Assembly: GCA_029261035.1 (NCBI GenBank) | Contig: JAJDCD010000008.1 | Span: forward strand, 98,313-162,312 | DNA: 64,000 bases | Origin: Candidatus Omnitrophota bacterium | Lineage (GTDB): Bacteria; Omnitrophota; Omnitrophia; Omnitrophales; JACROU01 | Reading direction: 5' to 3' | In this document: positions 38,352 through 49,287 of the stretch, piece after piece | Numbering within the stretch: the first letter of the stretch is position 1 | Layout: each line of letters starts with the position of its first letter | Notes under the pieces: model-generated | The model's database searches: none | Told to the model about the DNA's origin: nothing | The model's input: the letters and a program-made list of their open reading frames with translations, nothing else | Position numbers and translations under genes: made by a program

Positions 38352-39293
38352 TTAACAACTCTTCTGAAAATATCTATTTTTAGCACTTTCTAAAATTTTC
38401 AAACACACATCGCCTAAATCGTACCCCTCAACCTGTGCTGCTTTAGGTAACAGGCTCACATCGGTAAAACCCGGAATCGTATTCACCTCTAATACGAATG
38501 GGTTTTCCATTTCATCTAACATAATATCAACTCTAGAAAAATCGCTTAATTTCAAACTCTTATGCGCTTTTAATGCCAACTCCGAAATTAAAGCAATTTT
38601 CTCTTTAGTTAAATCTTTTGGAAAAATATACTTTGTTAAGCCTTTAGTGTATTTAGCTTCATAATCATAAAATAAATGGCTCGGTATTAGCTCTATCAGA
38701 GGCAAAACCTTATCTTCCAAAATACCGACGGTCACTTCTCTACCCAGAATCGCTTTTTCGATTAATAATTTTTGATACTTCCCCAGAAGCCCAGGCATTT
38801 TAATTTTCAATTCATCTTCATTTTCTATCCTCAATACCCCAACACTAGAACCTTCTTCCAGAGGTTTTGCAAAAAAAGGAAAATCAAAACTAAAACCCGC
38901 TAGAGTATCTGTTGTTCCCAAAACAGAATAAGCAGGCGTTGGAATACCTTCTTTCTCAAATACTCGTTTCGCTCTCAGTTTGTTAAAAGCCAACGAACTC
39001 GCTTCTGGATCAGAACCAGAGAAAAGAATATTCAATTCTCTTAAATATTTTTGTATTTGGCCATCTTCACCCCCCTTACCGTGCAGGGCAATAAATACAA
39101 TGTCAATGTCTACAGCCTCTATTTCTTTTATTAAAGTATCCTTCTCACAATTTTCTAAAACGATGTCAACAACATTACAACCTTTATTTCTTAAAGCTTC
39201 AGAAACCGCTTTTCCTGATATAAGGGAAATGGGTCTCTCGCTGGAGTTACCTCCCATCAAAACACCTATAGAACCCAATTCATTATAACTCAC
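38352..39293 (-). CDS. ddl: D-alanine--D-alanine ligase
   Basis: GGNSSERPISL.SG, LHGKGGEDG, GSSVG, YDYEAKY, LEVNTIPG. Confidence 0.97.
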   Translation of the reverse strand: MSYNELGSIGVLMGGNSSERPISLISGKAVSEALRNKGCNVVDIVLENCEKDTLIKEIEAVDIDIVFIALHGKGGEDGQIQKYLRELNILFSGSDPEASSLAFNKLRAKRVFEKEGIPTPAYSVLGTTDTLAGFSFDFPFFAKPLEEGSSVGVLRIENEDELKIKMPGLLGKYQKLLIEKAILGREVTVGILEDKVLPLIELIPSHLFYDYEAKYTKGLTKYIFPKDLTKEKIALISELALKAHKSLKLSDFSRVDIMLDEMENPFVLEVNTIPGFTDVSLLPKAAQVEGYDLGDVCLKILESAKNRYFQKSC

Positions 39294-39302
39294 TCCGTAA
39301 CC

Positions 39303-40211
39303 TCATTTAAAATTAACATATCTAATTTCTTCCTTAAGAGAAAATCCAAACTCATCCAAAACCTTTTTCTTCACTAATTTAATTAGCTCCAACATTTCCT
39401 CTGATCTAGCTCCACCTAAATTCACAAAAAAATTAGCATGCTTTTCAGATACCTGAACATTTCCCAAACGGTACCCTTTCAAACCAACTTTTTCTATCAA
39501 TTGCCCCGCTGAAAACTCTGAATTAGAAGGGTTTTTAAAAACAGAACCCGCCGTAAGGCTCTGGAGGTCTTGAATCTTTGAACGATATTGATAGTTTTCT
39601 AATATTTCTTTTTGGACAATTTCCTTTTCCTTGGGCTCACACTTTAACTTAACACGAATAATCAAAAAGTTTCTTAAATTTGAATTTCGATAACTAAATT
39701 CTAAATCTTTTTCTGTAAACAACTTCTCCTTTCCTTCAGGAGTTAATGCTAAAACTTCTGTAACAAAACGTCCAATTTCACTTTTCTTATCAACAGATCG
39801 CCCAAAACCTGCATTTTGAGCAACAGAACCTCCAACCGTACCTGGGATAGAAGACAAAAATTCAAGACCACCCAAATTTTCTTCGGCACACCGAAGAACA
39901 AAATTTGAATTTAAAACACCTGCAGAAACTTCAACTTCATTCCCTGAAACTTCAAAATGATTTTTATCTAAATTTAAAAGACTGATTACAACCCCAGAAT
40001 ACTCTTCATCCGAAAACAGAACATTACTTCCTCTTCCTAACACATAAAAAGCAAGTTTCTCTTTCATGCAAAAATGCATGACCTCAACCAATTGATCTAA
40101 CTGAGTAGGTGAAGCAAAGTATCGAGCATTCCCTCCCATCTTCCAACTCGTATGCTTTGACAGCGGTTCCCATTCTAATAATTTAAGTCTCGATTCTTTG
40201 AGAAAAGTCAT
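39303..40211 (-). CDS. murB: UDP-N-acetylmuramate dehydrogenase
   Basis: LGRGSNVL, IPGTVGG...NAG, FSYRNS, AGSVFKNP, KHANFFVN. Confidence 0.96.
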   Translation of the reverse strand: MTFLKESRLKLLEWEPLSKHTSWKMGGNARYFASPTQLDQLVEVMHFCMKEKLAFYVLGRGSNVLFSDEEYSGVVISLLNLDKNHFEVSGNEVEVSAGVLNSNFVLRCAEENLGGLEFLSSIPGTVGGSVAQNAGFGRSVDKKSEIGRFVTEVLALTPEGKEKLFTEKDLEFSYRNSNLRNFLIIRVKLKCEPKEKEIVQKEILENYQYRSKIQDLQSLTAGSVFKNPSNSEFSAGQLIEKVGLKGYRLGNVQVSEKHANFFVNLGGARSEEMLELIKLVKKKVLDEFGFSLKEEIRYVNFK

Positions 40212-41592
40212 TCGCTAGTTCTCCAATATCTCCAGCGCCCAAAAAGGCGACAACATCAAATTGATTCAAACCTTCTTCTAAGAAATCTAAAACATGATTT
40301 CTAGATAAAACCCTAACATCTGGATGATTTGTAGCCTTTATAGAATCATAAAGAACTTCAACCCCTTGTTTTTTTTCAACCGATTCTCCAGCAGAGTAAA
40401 CATCCGTCAAAATAACTCTTTCCGCTAAACTGAATGAGCTTCCAAACTCTTCTAAAAAATGCTTCATTCTAGAAAATCGATGCGGCTGAAAAACAACACA
40501 CATTCTTTTACTGCCTGTTTGCTTTAAAGCATTAAGAGATGCCCCTACTTCTGTTGGATGATGAGCATAATCATCTACAACAAGCATGTCTCCAGAGTTG
40601 TATTTAATTTCCAACCGACGTCCCGTCCCAACAAATTTCTTCATCACTTCTGCTATTTTTTCTGCAGAATAACCTAATTGCTGCAATAGAGCGATGCTCG
40701 CCATGGAGTTTAAAACATTATGTTGCCCTGGAACAGATAAACAAATCTTTGTTAAAAATTTACTCTTATGATAAAGATGATAAGATGAATGAAAACCATC
40801 ATAGAGAATATCTTTTGCATAAAAATCATACCTACTATCCAAACCGTACGAAACAGCCTCTACATTTAATCGAGAGACAATTTGAGTTAAGTTCTGATCT
40901 TCGCCACAATAAATAATCTGCCCTGTCTTGCTGACATTAGAAACCAAAGTCTCAAAACTAACAATGAGCTCTTCTAAAGAGTTGTAATGATCCATATGCT
41001 CTTCTTCTAAATTCGTTAAAATTAAATGAGACGGCTTATAAAGTTCGTGAGAACCATCACTTTCATCTAGCTCTGCTACAAATAGGTTTTTATTTCCAAA
41101 AATAACATTATCTCCTACATTCAAAATTTTCCCTCCAACAAGACATGTAGGATCCACTCCGAGCTCTGTCATTAAATATGAAGTCATTGCCGATGTTGTT
41201 GTTTTTCCATGAGTGCCTGCAATTCCTATACAAGACTTACTATTCATTATGTAGCTTAAAATTTGAGCTCTATGAAATAAAGGAACTCCTTGACTGTGAG
41301 CTTCCATAATTTCGGGATGAGTTTTACGTATCGCTGAAGAAAAAACAACCAGATCAATCTTTCCTAAGTCTGGACGTACTGGATTTAATGTAATACTAGC
41401 CCCCATTTCTATCAAAGAATCCAAATGAACACTTTGCTTTTCGTCAGAGCCAACAACACGATGCCCTAAATGGATTAACACCTTTGCAATTGCACTCATA
41501 CCCACCCCTCCGATACCAATAAAATAAATGTTTTGAGGGGATTGGAACAAAGATGCTAAAAACAGTTCCTCTTTTTCATCTAAAGCTTTCAT
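40183..41592 (-). CDS. murC: UDP-N-acetylmuramate--L-alanine ligase
   Basis: FIGIGGVGMS, AGTHGKTTT, ELDESDGS, DDYAHHPTE, FQPHRFSR. Confidence 0.97.
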   Translation of the reverse strand: MKALDEKEELFLASLFQSPQNIYFIGIGGVGMSAIAKVLIHLGHRVVGSDEKQSVHLDSLIEMGASITLNPVRPDLGKIDLVVFSSAIRKTHPEIMEAHSQGVPLFHRAQILSYIMNSKSCIGIAGTHGKTTTSAMTSYLMTELGVDPTCLVGGKILNVGDNVIFGNKNLFVAELDESDGSHELYKPSHLILTNLEEEHMDHYNSLEELIVSFETLVSNVSKTGQIIYCGEDQNLTQIVSRLNVEAVSYGLDSRYDFYAKDILYDGFHSSYHLYHKSKFLTKICLSVPGQHNVLNSMASIALLQQLGYSAEKIAEVMKKFVGTGRRLEIKYNSGDMLVVDDYAHHPTEVGASLNALKQTGSKRMCVVFQPHRFSRMKHFLEEFGSSFSLAERVILTDVYSAGESVEKKQGVEVLYDSIKATNHPDVRVLSRNHVLDFLEEGLNQFDVVAFLGAGDIGELANDFSQRIET

Positions 41593-41602
41593 AAGTTACT
41601 CC

Positions 41603-42745
41603 TTAAAAATTATTGGATAAAACTTCACTATCTTTAGGAAGGCGGACTAATTTAGGATCTATTAGCCCCAAAGCGCACTCGGATAAAGTATCGCCATCAT
41701 CAACTTTTAAACTATTTGCAATATTTTTTTTCATTTGCATCAATTGCTGAGGGTCTTGAATGACACTCTTTAATATATCGACCAATTCCTGGATTTTTGT
41801 ATCAGATTCCTCTATACACCATGCCGCTTTTCTTTCTGCTAGGACTATGGCATTTTCCAATTGATGAGCCTTCGCATAAGGATAAGGGATTAAAATACTG
41901 GGTATTTTAAAATGAACTAATTCAAACAAAGTCCCCGCTCCCGCCCTAGAGATAACCATATCCGCTTCTAAATACAATTTACTCATTCCATTAGAATAAG
42001 AAAGTACCTCCGCATTTACTGCCAAATTGCTATATTCCGTTTTAACAGCATCCAAATCAGAGGGCCCAGAAATATGAGTTACATGGATGCTTCGTCGTTC
42101 AATAGAACCTAGCTGAGTCAAAGCTTTTAAAAGCATCCTATTGAGCCCCCTCGCACCTTGAGACCCGCCCATCACAAGTATATTTAATTTTTGATTTCTT
42201 TTACTCGAAGATTTGTTTGGAAAAGCTTGAGAAGAAAAACGAATTAGATTTCCTGTCCAAACGGCTTTAGAAACAGACTTAAAAGAGCTTGTCTGTCGAA
42301 AACTTAAGGCAACGCAGTCAACCCAACCGCTTAACAAACGATTAGCTCTCCCCATGACCATATTTTGTTCATGAATCAATGTGGGTATTTTTTTTAGCCT
42401 AGCAGCCAAAAGCACTGGGAAAGAAAGGTAACTTCCAAAACCAACAACAAGCTTTGGCTTAATTTCATTTATCAATTTTAAAGATAAAAAGAAAGCTCTA
42501 ATTAAAGACGTAGAAAAAACAAAGAAGTGTAGGCTAAACAGACCTTTCCAAGCAAAGTAAGGAAAAACATGACAATTTTTAATATCGTTATCACTCAACT
42601 GATTCTCTAACAATTCCGTTGCTACGCGTTCACTCAATATTTTATGAACAACTAAATCAGAATTCTTTCTCTCCATCACTTCGGAAAATTGAAGAGCCGG
42701 ATAAAAATGCCCTCCAGTACGCCCCGTCACCACAAGGATATTCAA
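41603..42745 (-). CDS. murG: Lipid II N-acetylglucosaminyltransferase
   Basis: TGGHFYP, GFGSY, HEQN..MGRAN, GGSQGA, SRAGA, HQLENA. Confidence 0.95.
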   Translation of the reverse strand: MNILVVTGRTGGHFYPALQFSEVMERKNSDLVVHKILSERVATELLENQLSDNDIKNCHVFPYFAWKGLFSLHFFVFSTSLIRAFFLSLKLINEIKPKLVVGFGSYLSFPVLLAARLKKIPTLIHEQNMVMGRANRLLSGWVDCVALSFRQTSSFKSVSKAVWTGNLIRFSSQAFPNKSSSKRNQKLNILVMGGSQGARGLNRMLLKALTQLGSIERRSIHVTHISGPSDLDAVKTEYSNLAVNAEVLSYSNGMSKLYLEADMVISRAGAGTLFELVHFKIPSILIPYPYAKAHQLENAIVLAERKAAWCIEESDTKIQELVDILKSVIQDPQQLMQMKKNIANSLKVDDGDTLSECALGLIDPKLVRLPKDSEVLSNNF

Positions 42746-42910
42746 TAACTTTCTCCACTTATTTTTTAACTATTAATCTCTTATTTAAAAACAACATTTA
42801 TTCCCGAAGCATCTTTACTCTAAAAAAAATAATTCAATGCCATTTGTCAAACCAAGTACTCTCAAGTTTACGCGCAAACAATGAGGTGAAATAACTTCGC
42901 AAACAACCTT

Positions 42911-44044
42911 CTATCCAATCCAATCTTCAACAGGCACCACATTCACCTCTTTTTGAGATTGCTTATCAATCGCCAAAAGCAGTCCCATAGCCATCATACT
43001 ACAGATCAGGGAGGAACCACCATAGCTTATAAAAGGTAACGGCAACCCCTTTGTAGGGATCATTCCGATAGACACTAACATATTAATAATAGACTGAAGA
43101 GATACCATAATCACAACTGCCGAAGAAAGCAACTTTCTAAAAGGCTCCTCTTGTCTTAAAACAATTTTACTTCCTTGAATCAAAAGAAAAACAAAGACAG
43201 ACAATACAGACAAAGTACCCAACAGCCCTAGCTCTTCACCAACGATCGAGAAAATGAAATCGGTGTAACTTTGTGGTAAATAAAATAATTTCTGAACACT
43301 TTCCCCCAAACCAACCCCTGTAACTCCTCCTAAACCAAAAGATAAGAAGGATTGAATAATTTGAAAACCAGAACCTTGAGGATCTGCCCAAGGGTTTAAA
43401 AATGACACTACGCGGGCTACTCTATAAGGCGCTTGAATCACAGCAAAAACAAAAGCCGGTATTGCTGCAAGAATAGCAAAAACAACATAACGAATTCGTA
43501 TTCCACTTAAAAAAAATAATATAGAAGAAGTTAAAAACAAAAATACGATAGAACCTAAATCAGGTTGTAGAATTAGAAAAACAAATAGACTTCCCAAAAC
43601 AATCATTGGAGGCACAAACACAGCAAAACTGCCTAATTGAATTAATTTTAGTTTGCGGCTTAAATAATCAGAGAAGTATATCGCAACTGCAATCTTCACA
43701 ATTTCAACTGGTTGAAAGGTAAAACCAAATAACGATACCCAACGTTGAGCACCTCCACTTGATTTTCCTAGAAATGGTAAAAAGACAGTCAGAAGTAATG
43801 CCCCCGAAATTAACAGGATTACTTTAGACCTCTTTTTTATCCAATTAACATCTATCATGGACACAGATATCATAGCAATCAGACCAATAAATAAGTACAG
43901 ACACTGCCTCTTTAAAAAGTAAAAGCTATCGTCATAGTATTTATCTGCATAAACTGCACTAGCGCTATAAATCATTACAGTTCCAATAGCATTTAGAATC
44001 AGAATTGCTATAAAAATACTCTTTCCTTCTTTACTCAAAGACAT
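42911..44044 (-). CDS. ftsW: SEDS peptidoglycan polymerase FtsW
   Basis: GAQRW, FQPVE..K, QPDLG, GFQIIQS, YLPQSYTDFIF, LPFISYGGSS. Confidence 0.95.
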   Translation of the reverse strand: MSLSKEGKSIFIAILILNAIGTVMIYSASAVYADKYYDDSFYFLKRQCLYLFIGLIAMISVSMIDVNWIKKRSKVILLISGALLLTVFLPFLGKSSGGAQRWVSLFGFTFQPVEIVKIAVAIYFSDYLSRKLKLIQLGSFAVFVPPMIVLGSLFVFLILQPDLGSIVFLFLTSSILFFLSGIRIRYVVFAILAAIPAFVFAVIQAPYRVARVVSFLNPWADPQGSGFQIIQSFLSFGLGGVTGVGLGESVQKLFYLPQSYTDFIFSIVGEELGLLGTLSVLSVFVFLLIQGSKIVLRQEEPFRKLLSSAVVIMVSLQSIINMLVSIGMIPTKGLPLPFISYGGSSLICSMMAMGLLLAIDKQSQKEVNVVPVEDWIG

Positions 44045-44056
44045 CTTCTCATCCTT

Positions 44057-45319
44057 TTAATTTACTACTGCTTTTACTCTGCTTTTTACACAATCTTTAA
44101 AAAAATGGCCTCTATCCTCATAATTTTTAAATTGATCAAAACTAGCGCAACCAGGAGAAAACAACACAACATCCCCTTTTACGACAAGGGCCTCTGCTGA
44201 GTTGACCGCTTCCCTCACATTAGAAACCATAGTTATTCTACAAAGATTATTAAAGGAGGCCTTCAACTCTTCTCTAGATTCTCCGAACAAAATAAGTTCT
44301 TTTACTTTTTTAGATATTATAGGAGCAAGAGAACTGAAATCACTCCCTTTATTTCTTCCGCCAGCTATTAGGATAACTTTTCCACTTTGATTCTCTAACG
44401 CATACTTTAGCGAGGCTGGGTTCGTTGATTTTGAATCATTGATAAAAAGAAAGTCCTCCGCTTCTACAATTTCTAAACGATGTTCAATCGGCTTTGAAGA
44501 TTTTAAAACTTCTTCAGCTTCTTTTAAGTCAAAACCAAATACCTCTCCTAATTTTAGAACAGCGTCTTCATTTAGGTTTAATTTTGTTTCAGCGTTATTA
44601 AAGAATATTTTTTTAGCTAAAACTTTCTCTCCATACTTTTCTGTCACATCATCCCTTTCATTTAAAATCGCAACATCTTGAAGTGTCTGATTTTTAAATA
44701 TTTTCATCTTTGAAGCGCAGTAATTCTCAAAGTTAATGTGCCAATTCAAATGGTCAGGTTCACAGTTTAATAAAAAGGCAACATTAGGATGAAATAAATG
44801 AGTGAACTCTAATTGAAACGAGCTCAATTCAATAACAGCAATACCTTCTGTTCGTCCTTTTCTAATCTCTCCTATAAAAGGGTTCCCAATATTACCTGAA
44901 GAAAAAGCATTAAATTTAAAATGATTTAAAAGCTGAGTCGCTAGAATTGTAGAGGTTGTCTTCCCATTTGTTCCCGTAATTCCCACTATCTTTCCAGAAA
45001 AAAAACGGTAGGCCAACTCAATCTCACTCATCAGAAAACAAGATCGTTGTTTTAATACTTTAACGATATCAGAATGAGGCGGTATTCCAGGAGAAAGAAT
45101 CACATTTTCACAGTTCACCAAACGATCCACATCATGTTTCCCCAAATCAACACAGATACCCGAGTTTTCCAATTGAGTCTTAGCTCTTAACAAGTCTTCA
45201 CTCGTCATACCATCTGTTGCGTAAACCTCAGCTCCCTGCTCTCTCAAAAACAGAGCTGATTCAATCCCACTAATACCTAGCCCTAAAACTCCAAATTTTT
45301 TTCCTTTCAATAATTTCAT
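44057..45319 (-). CDS. murD: UDP-MurNAc-L-Ala--D-glutamate ligase
   Basis: GLGISG, SPGIP, ITGTNGKTT, ELSSFQLE, NDSKSTN, SPGCASFDQF. Confidence 0.96.
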   Translation of the reverse strand: MKLLKGKKFGVLGLGISGIESALFLREQGAEVYATDGMTSEDLLRAKTQLENSGICVDLGKHDVDRLVNCENVILSPGIPPHSDIVKVLKQRSCFLMSEIELAYRFFSGKIVGITGTNGKTTSTILATQLLNHFKFNAFSSGNIGNPFIGEIRKGRTEGIAVIELSSFQLEFTHLFHPNVAFLLNCEPDHLNWHINFENYCASKMKIFKNQTLQDVAILNERDDVTEKYGEKVLAKKIFFNNAETKLNLNEDAVLKLGEVFGFDLKEAEEVLKSSKPIEHRLEIVEAEDFLFINDSKSTNPASLKYALENQSGKVILIAGGRNKGSDFSSLAPIISKKVKELILFGESREELKASFNNLCRITMVSNVREAVNSAEALVVKGDVVLFSPGCASFDQFKNYEDRGHFFKDCVKSRVKAVVN

Positions 45320-45362
45320 ATCAATCCCCGAAATTAAACCCTTCGTTAGAAAGACTTAAACC

Positions 45363-46451
45363 TTATTGAATCTTCAATGTACTTAAACCAATAATGGCAA
45401 GAATAAATGCAATAATCCACAAACGAATTGTCACTTTAGACTCTGACCAACCCTTTAACTGCAAATGATGATGAAATGGAGACATTAAAAAAATACGTTT
45501 TTTAAAAAATTTAAATGAAAAAACTTGAATCATAACCGAGAGCGCTTCCCAAACAAAAATCCCCCCGACAATAACCAACAACAACTCTTTTTTAATAAAT
45601 ATGGCTATAGCCCCTAAAACGCCCCCCAAAGACAAAGAACCTGTGTCGCCCATAAATACAGAGGCTGGGTAACTATTAAACCACAAAAACCCAGCACTTG
45701 CTCCCACAATAGCCGAGCAAAAAACAGCAAGCTCACTACTATAACTTAAATAAGGGATTCCTAAATACTCTGCAATTTCAACATGCCCAGAAATATAACT
45801 CACAATAACAAAAGTTCCTGCAGAAAAAATTAAACACCCTATAGCCAACCCGTCTAATCCATCTGTTAAATTTAGAGCATTCGAAGTTCCTAAAATAACG
45901 CACAAAACAAAAGGAATAAGTAAAACCCCGATAAAAATTGCGTAATTTTTTAAAAATGGGATATATATGTCGTTGCTAAATCCTTGATCCATATATAAGT
46001 ATACCCCCAAAGCAATACTTAAAATAAATTGTCCTAAAAGCTTTGTGTAAAAAGCAAGGCCCTTTGAACTTTGAGAGCGTATTTTTAAAAAATCATCCAA
46101 AAAGCCAACACAACCAAACCACAACAAAACAAGTAAAGAAAAAATAATGTACTTATTAGAAAAGTTCCCCCAAAGAGCTACCGCTACAGTAATGCTTAAT
46201 AAAATAAGCAACCCGCCCATCGTCGGGACATCCCCTTTCCCTTCGTAAAAACCGTGAATCTTTTCCGCGTGCTGCCTCTTGTTGCACGCAACGACATTTA
46301 AATATCGAAGCCACTCTATTATTTTTGGGCCTAGAATCAAGGTAATTAAAAATGCAGTTACTGCAGCTCCTGCTGAACGAAAAGTAATATACTTAAATAG
46401 ATTAAAAACGATCGAATAATCTTTTAATGGGTATAAGAATGCATAAAACAT
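45363..46451 (-). CDS. mraY: Phospho-MurNAc-pentapeptide transferase
   Basis: PTMGG, GFLDD, NLTDGLDGLA, FMGDTGS, PFHHH. Confidence 0.97.
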   Translation of the reverse strand: MFYAFLYPLKDYSIVFNLFKYITFRSAGAAVTAFLITLILGPKIIEWLRYLNVVACNKRQHAEKIHGFYEGKGDVPTMGGLLILLSITVAVALWGNFSNKYIIFSLLVLLWFGCVGFLDDFLKIRSQSSKGLAFYTKLLGQFILSIALGVYLYMDQGFSNDIYIPFLKNYAIFIGVLLIPFVLCVILGTSNALNLTDGLDGLAIGCLIFSAGTFVIVSYISGHVEIAEYLGIPYLSYSSELAVFCSAIVGASAGFLWFNSYPASVFMGDTGSLSLGGVLGAIAIFIKKELLLVIVGGIFVWEALSVMIQVFSFKFFKKRIFLMSPFHHHLQLKGWSESKVTIRLWIIAFILAIIGLSTLKIQ

Positions 46452-47851
46452 TGAATCACTTCCTCTAGCTTCATAGACCTAGAACCTTTAAATAAAACCC
46501 AGTCTCCAGTTCTTATAAAAGATTCTAAAAATTGACTTACTTCCTCATTGGTATCAAAACTATAAACAATAGAACGTGCATCAGAATTACTCCGAATCCC
46601 TTTTGCCAATATCTTCATAAGTGGGCCAACAGTAACAAATACATCAATAGGCTTTAAAGCAAACGTTTCCCCTAAAGACTGGTGATATTCCTCTTCTTTT
46701 TCCCCTAGCTCTTTCATATCTCCACAAACAACTATCTTCCTTGCCCCTTGCTCAATACCTTCAAAAGATTCTACAGCTAAACGAAAAGACATAGGATTTG
46801 AATTATAAGCATCGTGAACAAAAGTTATACCCTTAGGTAAATCAATCACCTGGTAACGTTGCTCCGGAAACTCAAAGCTTTTTAACCCATTTTGAATTTT
46901 TGACATTTCCAACCCAAAACTCAAAGCCAATGCTATCGCGGCAACCACATTCATCACATTAAATTGCGCTAACGTCTTTATTTCAAATAAATATTGATCA
47001 TTAACAAGAAATGTTGTTTTTTGCCCCACTGTTCGAACAGAAGAAATTTTAAAATCATTATGCGGCTTAACTCCAAATGTAATCACAGAGCCTTTATGTC
47101 CTTTAACACTATCTAACAAGCGATCATCATCACCGTTAACAACAACTTTCCCTTCATTCTCAAACACTTTTTTTGCCAATTCACTTTTAGTCTGATAGAT
47201 ATTTTCTAAAGTCTCAAAACCTTCCAAATGACATGGGTGTACATTTGTAATAATACCTGCATTGGGTTGCAATATTTCTGAAAGCTCACCAATTTCTCCT
47301 AAATAACTTGCCCCTAGTTCAGCTAAAATAATCTGATGATTTTCTTCTAACTTAGACAGCGTTATTGGCAAACCTAAATAATTGTTTTGATTCCCCTTAC
47401 TTACCAATAGGTTCCATTCTATATTTAACAGATAGGACAACACCTCTTTAGTCGTGGTTTTACCACAACTCCCTGTAATTCCAATACAAATCCCTGAAAA
47501 TTGGGCTCGAAAAAACAATCCTAAACTTTGCAACGCGCTAACAGTGTCTTTAACTACAATAAAAGAAATACCTTCAAGTTCTTTTTTCTCCACTAGGCTC
47601 ATAGAATTAAAATGCTTTTCATCGACAACACATCCAACACACCCCAGCCTTTCCGCCGTTCTAAGAAAATCATGACCATCCGAAGACTGCCCTCGAATTG
47701 CAAAAAAAAGATCTCCTTTCTTCAAGGTTCTAGTATCAATTGAAATACATTTATACGGAACCTCTTTACGCAAAATAGAAGGAAACCACTTGCCTTTTAT
47801 AGCCTTTGACAATACTTCTAATGAATAACTTGTTTTTTGTTCTTCAACCAT
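46424..47851 (-). CDS. murF: UDP-MurNAc-tripeptide--D-Ala-D-Ala ligase
   Basis: IDTR, DGHDF, ITGSCGKTTTK, NNYLGLP, DAYNSNP.S, GDMKELG, KGSRSM.LE. Confidence 0.95.
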   Translation of the reverse strand: MVEEQKTSYSLEVLSKAIKGKWFPSILRKEVPYKCISIDTRTLKKGDLFFAIRGQSSDGHDFLRTAERLGCVGCVVDEKHFNSMSLVEKKELEGISFIVVKDTVSALQSLGLFFRAQFSGICIGITGSCGKTTTKEVLSYLLNIEWNLLVSKGNQNNYLGLPITLSKLEENHQIILAELGASYLGEIGELSEILQPNAGIITNVHPCHLEGFETLENIYQTKSELAKKVFENEGKVVVNGDDDRLLDSVKGHKGSVITFGVKPHNDFKISSVRTVGQKTTFLVNDQYLFEIKTLAQFNVMNVVAAIALALSFGLEMSKIQNGLKSFEFPEQRYQVIDLPKGITFVHDAYNSNPMSFRLAVESFEGIEQGARKIVVCGDMKELGEKEEEYHQSLGETFALKPIDVFVTVGPLMKILAKGIRSNSDARSIVYSFDTNEEVSQFLESFIRTGDWVLFKGSRSMKLEEVIQCFMHSYTH

Positions 47852-49284
47852 TGAGAAACAACCTTTTTGTCTGAAAAAGGCAAATATTCTTTGCCAATTA
47901 TTTGATAATCCTCATGCCCTTTGCCAAGAATAAGAACAACATCTCCCTGCTTAGCTTCATTAAGAGCTTTTTCAATAGCCTCTTCTCTATTTTCTATATA
48001 AAAATAACTTTCTCCTTCAATCAACCCACGAATACCTTCATCCACATCACTCATAATTTGATCAGGAGATTCTGTCCTAGGGTTATCTTGTGTTAAAAAC
48101 AATACATCAGAATACTGACTAGCATATTGCCCCATATCTTTTCTTTTAGTTCTATCCCTATCTCCACCACAGCCAAACACCGTAATAATTCTAGACTCCT
48201 TCAAAGGCTCTAAGGATTTAAATACTTGATAAAATGCATCCGGGGTATGAGCATAATCTATAAATACATACAACCCCAGTTCATTTCTTTGGAATTCAAG
48301 TCGCCCTGGGACTAAAGGAAATGTTTTAAGCGCTTTAACACAATCATCTAAAACAACCTCCATCGAAAGACAAGCACTAAAAGCTAACAAAACATTATAT
48401 ATATTATGAAGACAAATCAAAGGACTCTCTACAGTTACTACCTTATTTTTAAAACACAAATCAAACTGACTGTCTTTCAACGAAAGTTTTATATTTTTCG
48501 CATAGACATCAAAAGATGAGTCTAAACCAATTTTTATAGAATCTGGGTAATTCTTTATTAGCTTTTGACCATATTCATCATCTCCATTGATACACCTCTG
48601 TTTAACAGAAGGAAATAGATCAAACAACTTTTTTTTCGCTTTAAAATAAGAATCCATAGTTCCGTGATAATCAAGATGATCTTGACTTAAATTCGTAAAA
48701 AGAGCTGCATCGAACTCTATATCAGAAACCCTGCCCTGACTCAAAGCATGACTTGAAACTTCCATAACACAATAAGGAACGTTGTCATGAACCATTTCAC
48801 TCAGCAATTGATTTAAAAGCAATACCCCTGGAGTTGTGTTATTTACTTTCCTTACATTCTTTCCCCAAGAAGCTTCTAATGTCCCTATAACACCACAATC
48901 AGATACTGAATTTAAAATATGTTGAATTAAAGCTGCTGTCGTTGTCTTTCCGTTTGTTCCGGTAACACCCATAATTTTAATCTTTGAAGATGGTCTATCA
49001 AAAAAAAGAGAACTCCATAAAGTGAGAATTTCTTTTGTGTCAGAAACCAATATTTGGGGTATTTTTATATCTAACAATTTCTCAACAACAAGAAACGATG
49101 CCCCTAAACTTATTGCTTCTTTAGAATAATCATGGCCATCTACGCAGCTCCCAGAAACAGCAATAAAACAGGAGCCTTTTTTAACTACTGAAGAAGAATC
49201 TGTAAAATGAACCACAGACTGATCTAAATCCAGATGTCCGTGAATGGAATATTTTTGTTTATTTAATAACTCTTTTAATTTCAT
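47818..49284 (-). CDS. murE: UDP-MurNAc-dipeptide--diaminopimelate ligase
   Basis: VTGTNGKTT, MEVSSH, DHLDYH, DYAHTPD, FGCGGDRD, DNPR (mDAP-type), GKGHE. Confidence 0.97.
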   Translation of the reverse strand: MKLKELLNKQKYSIHGHLDLDQSVVHFTDSSSVVKKGSCFIAVSGSCVDGHDYSKEAISLGASFLVVEKLLDIKIPQILVSDTKEILTLWSSLFFDRPSSKIKIMGVTGTNGKTTTAALIQHILNSVSDCGVIGTLEASWGKNVRKVNNTTPGVLLLNQLLSEMVHDNVPYCVMEVSSHALSQGRVSDIEFDAALFTNLSQDHLDYHGTMDSYFKAKKKLFDLFPSVKQRCINGDDEYGQKLIKNYPDSIKIGLDSSFDVYAKNIKLSLKDSQFDLCFKNKVVTVESPLICLHNIYNVLLAFSACLSMEVVLDDCVKALKTFPLVPGRLEFQRNELGLYVFIDYAHTPDAFYQVFKSLEPLKESRIITVFGCGGDRDRTKRKDMGQYASQYSDVLFLTQDNPRTESPDQIMSDVDEGIRGLIEGESYFYIENREEAIEKALNEAKQGDVVLILGKGHEDYQIIGKEYLPFSDKKVVSQWLKNKKQVIH

Positions 49285-49287
49285 TTT

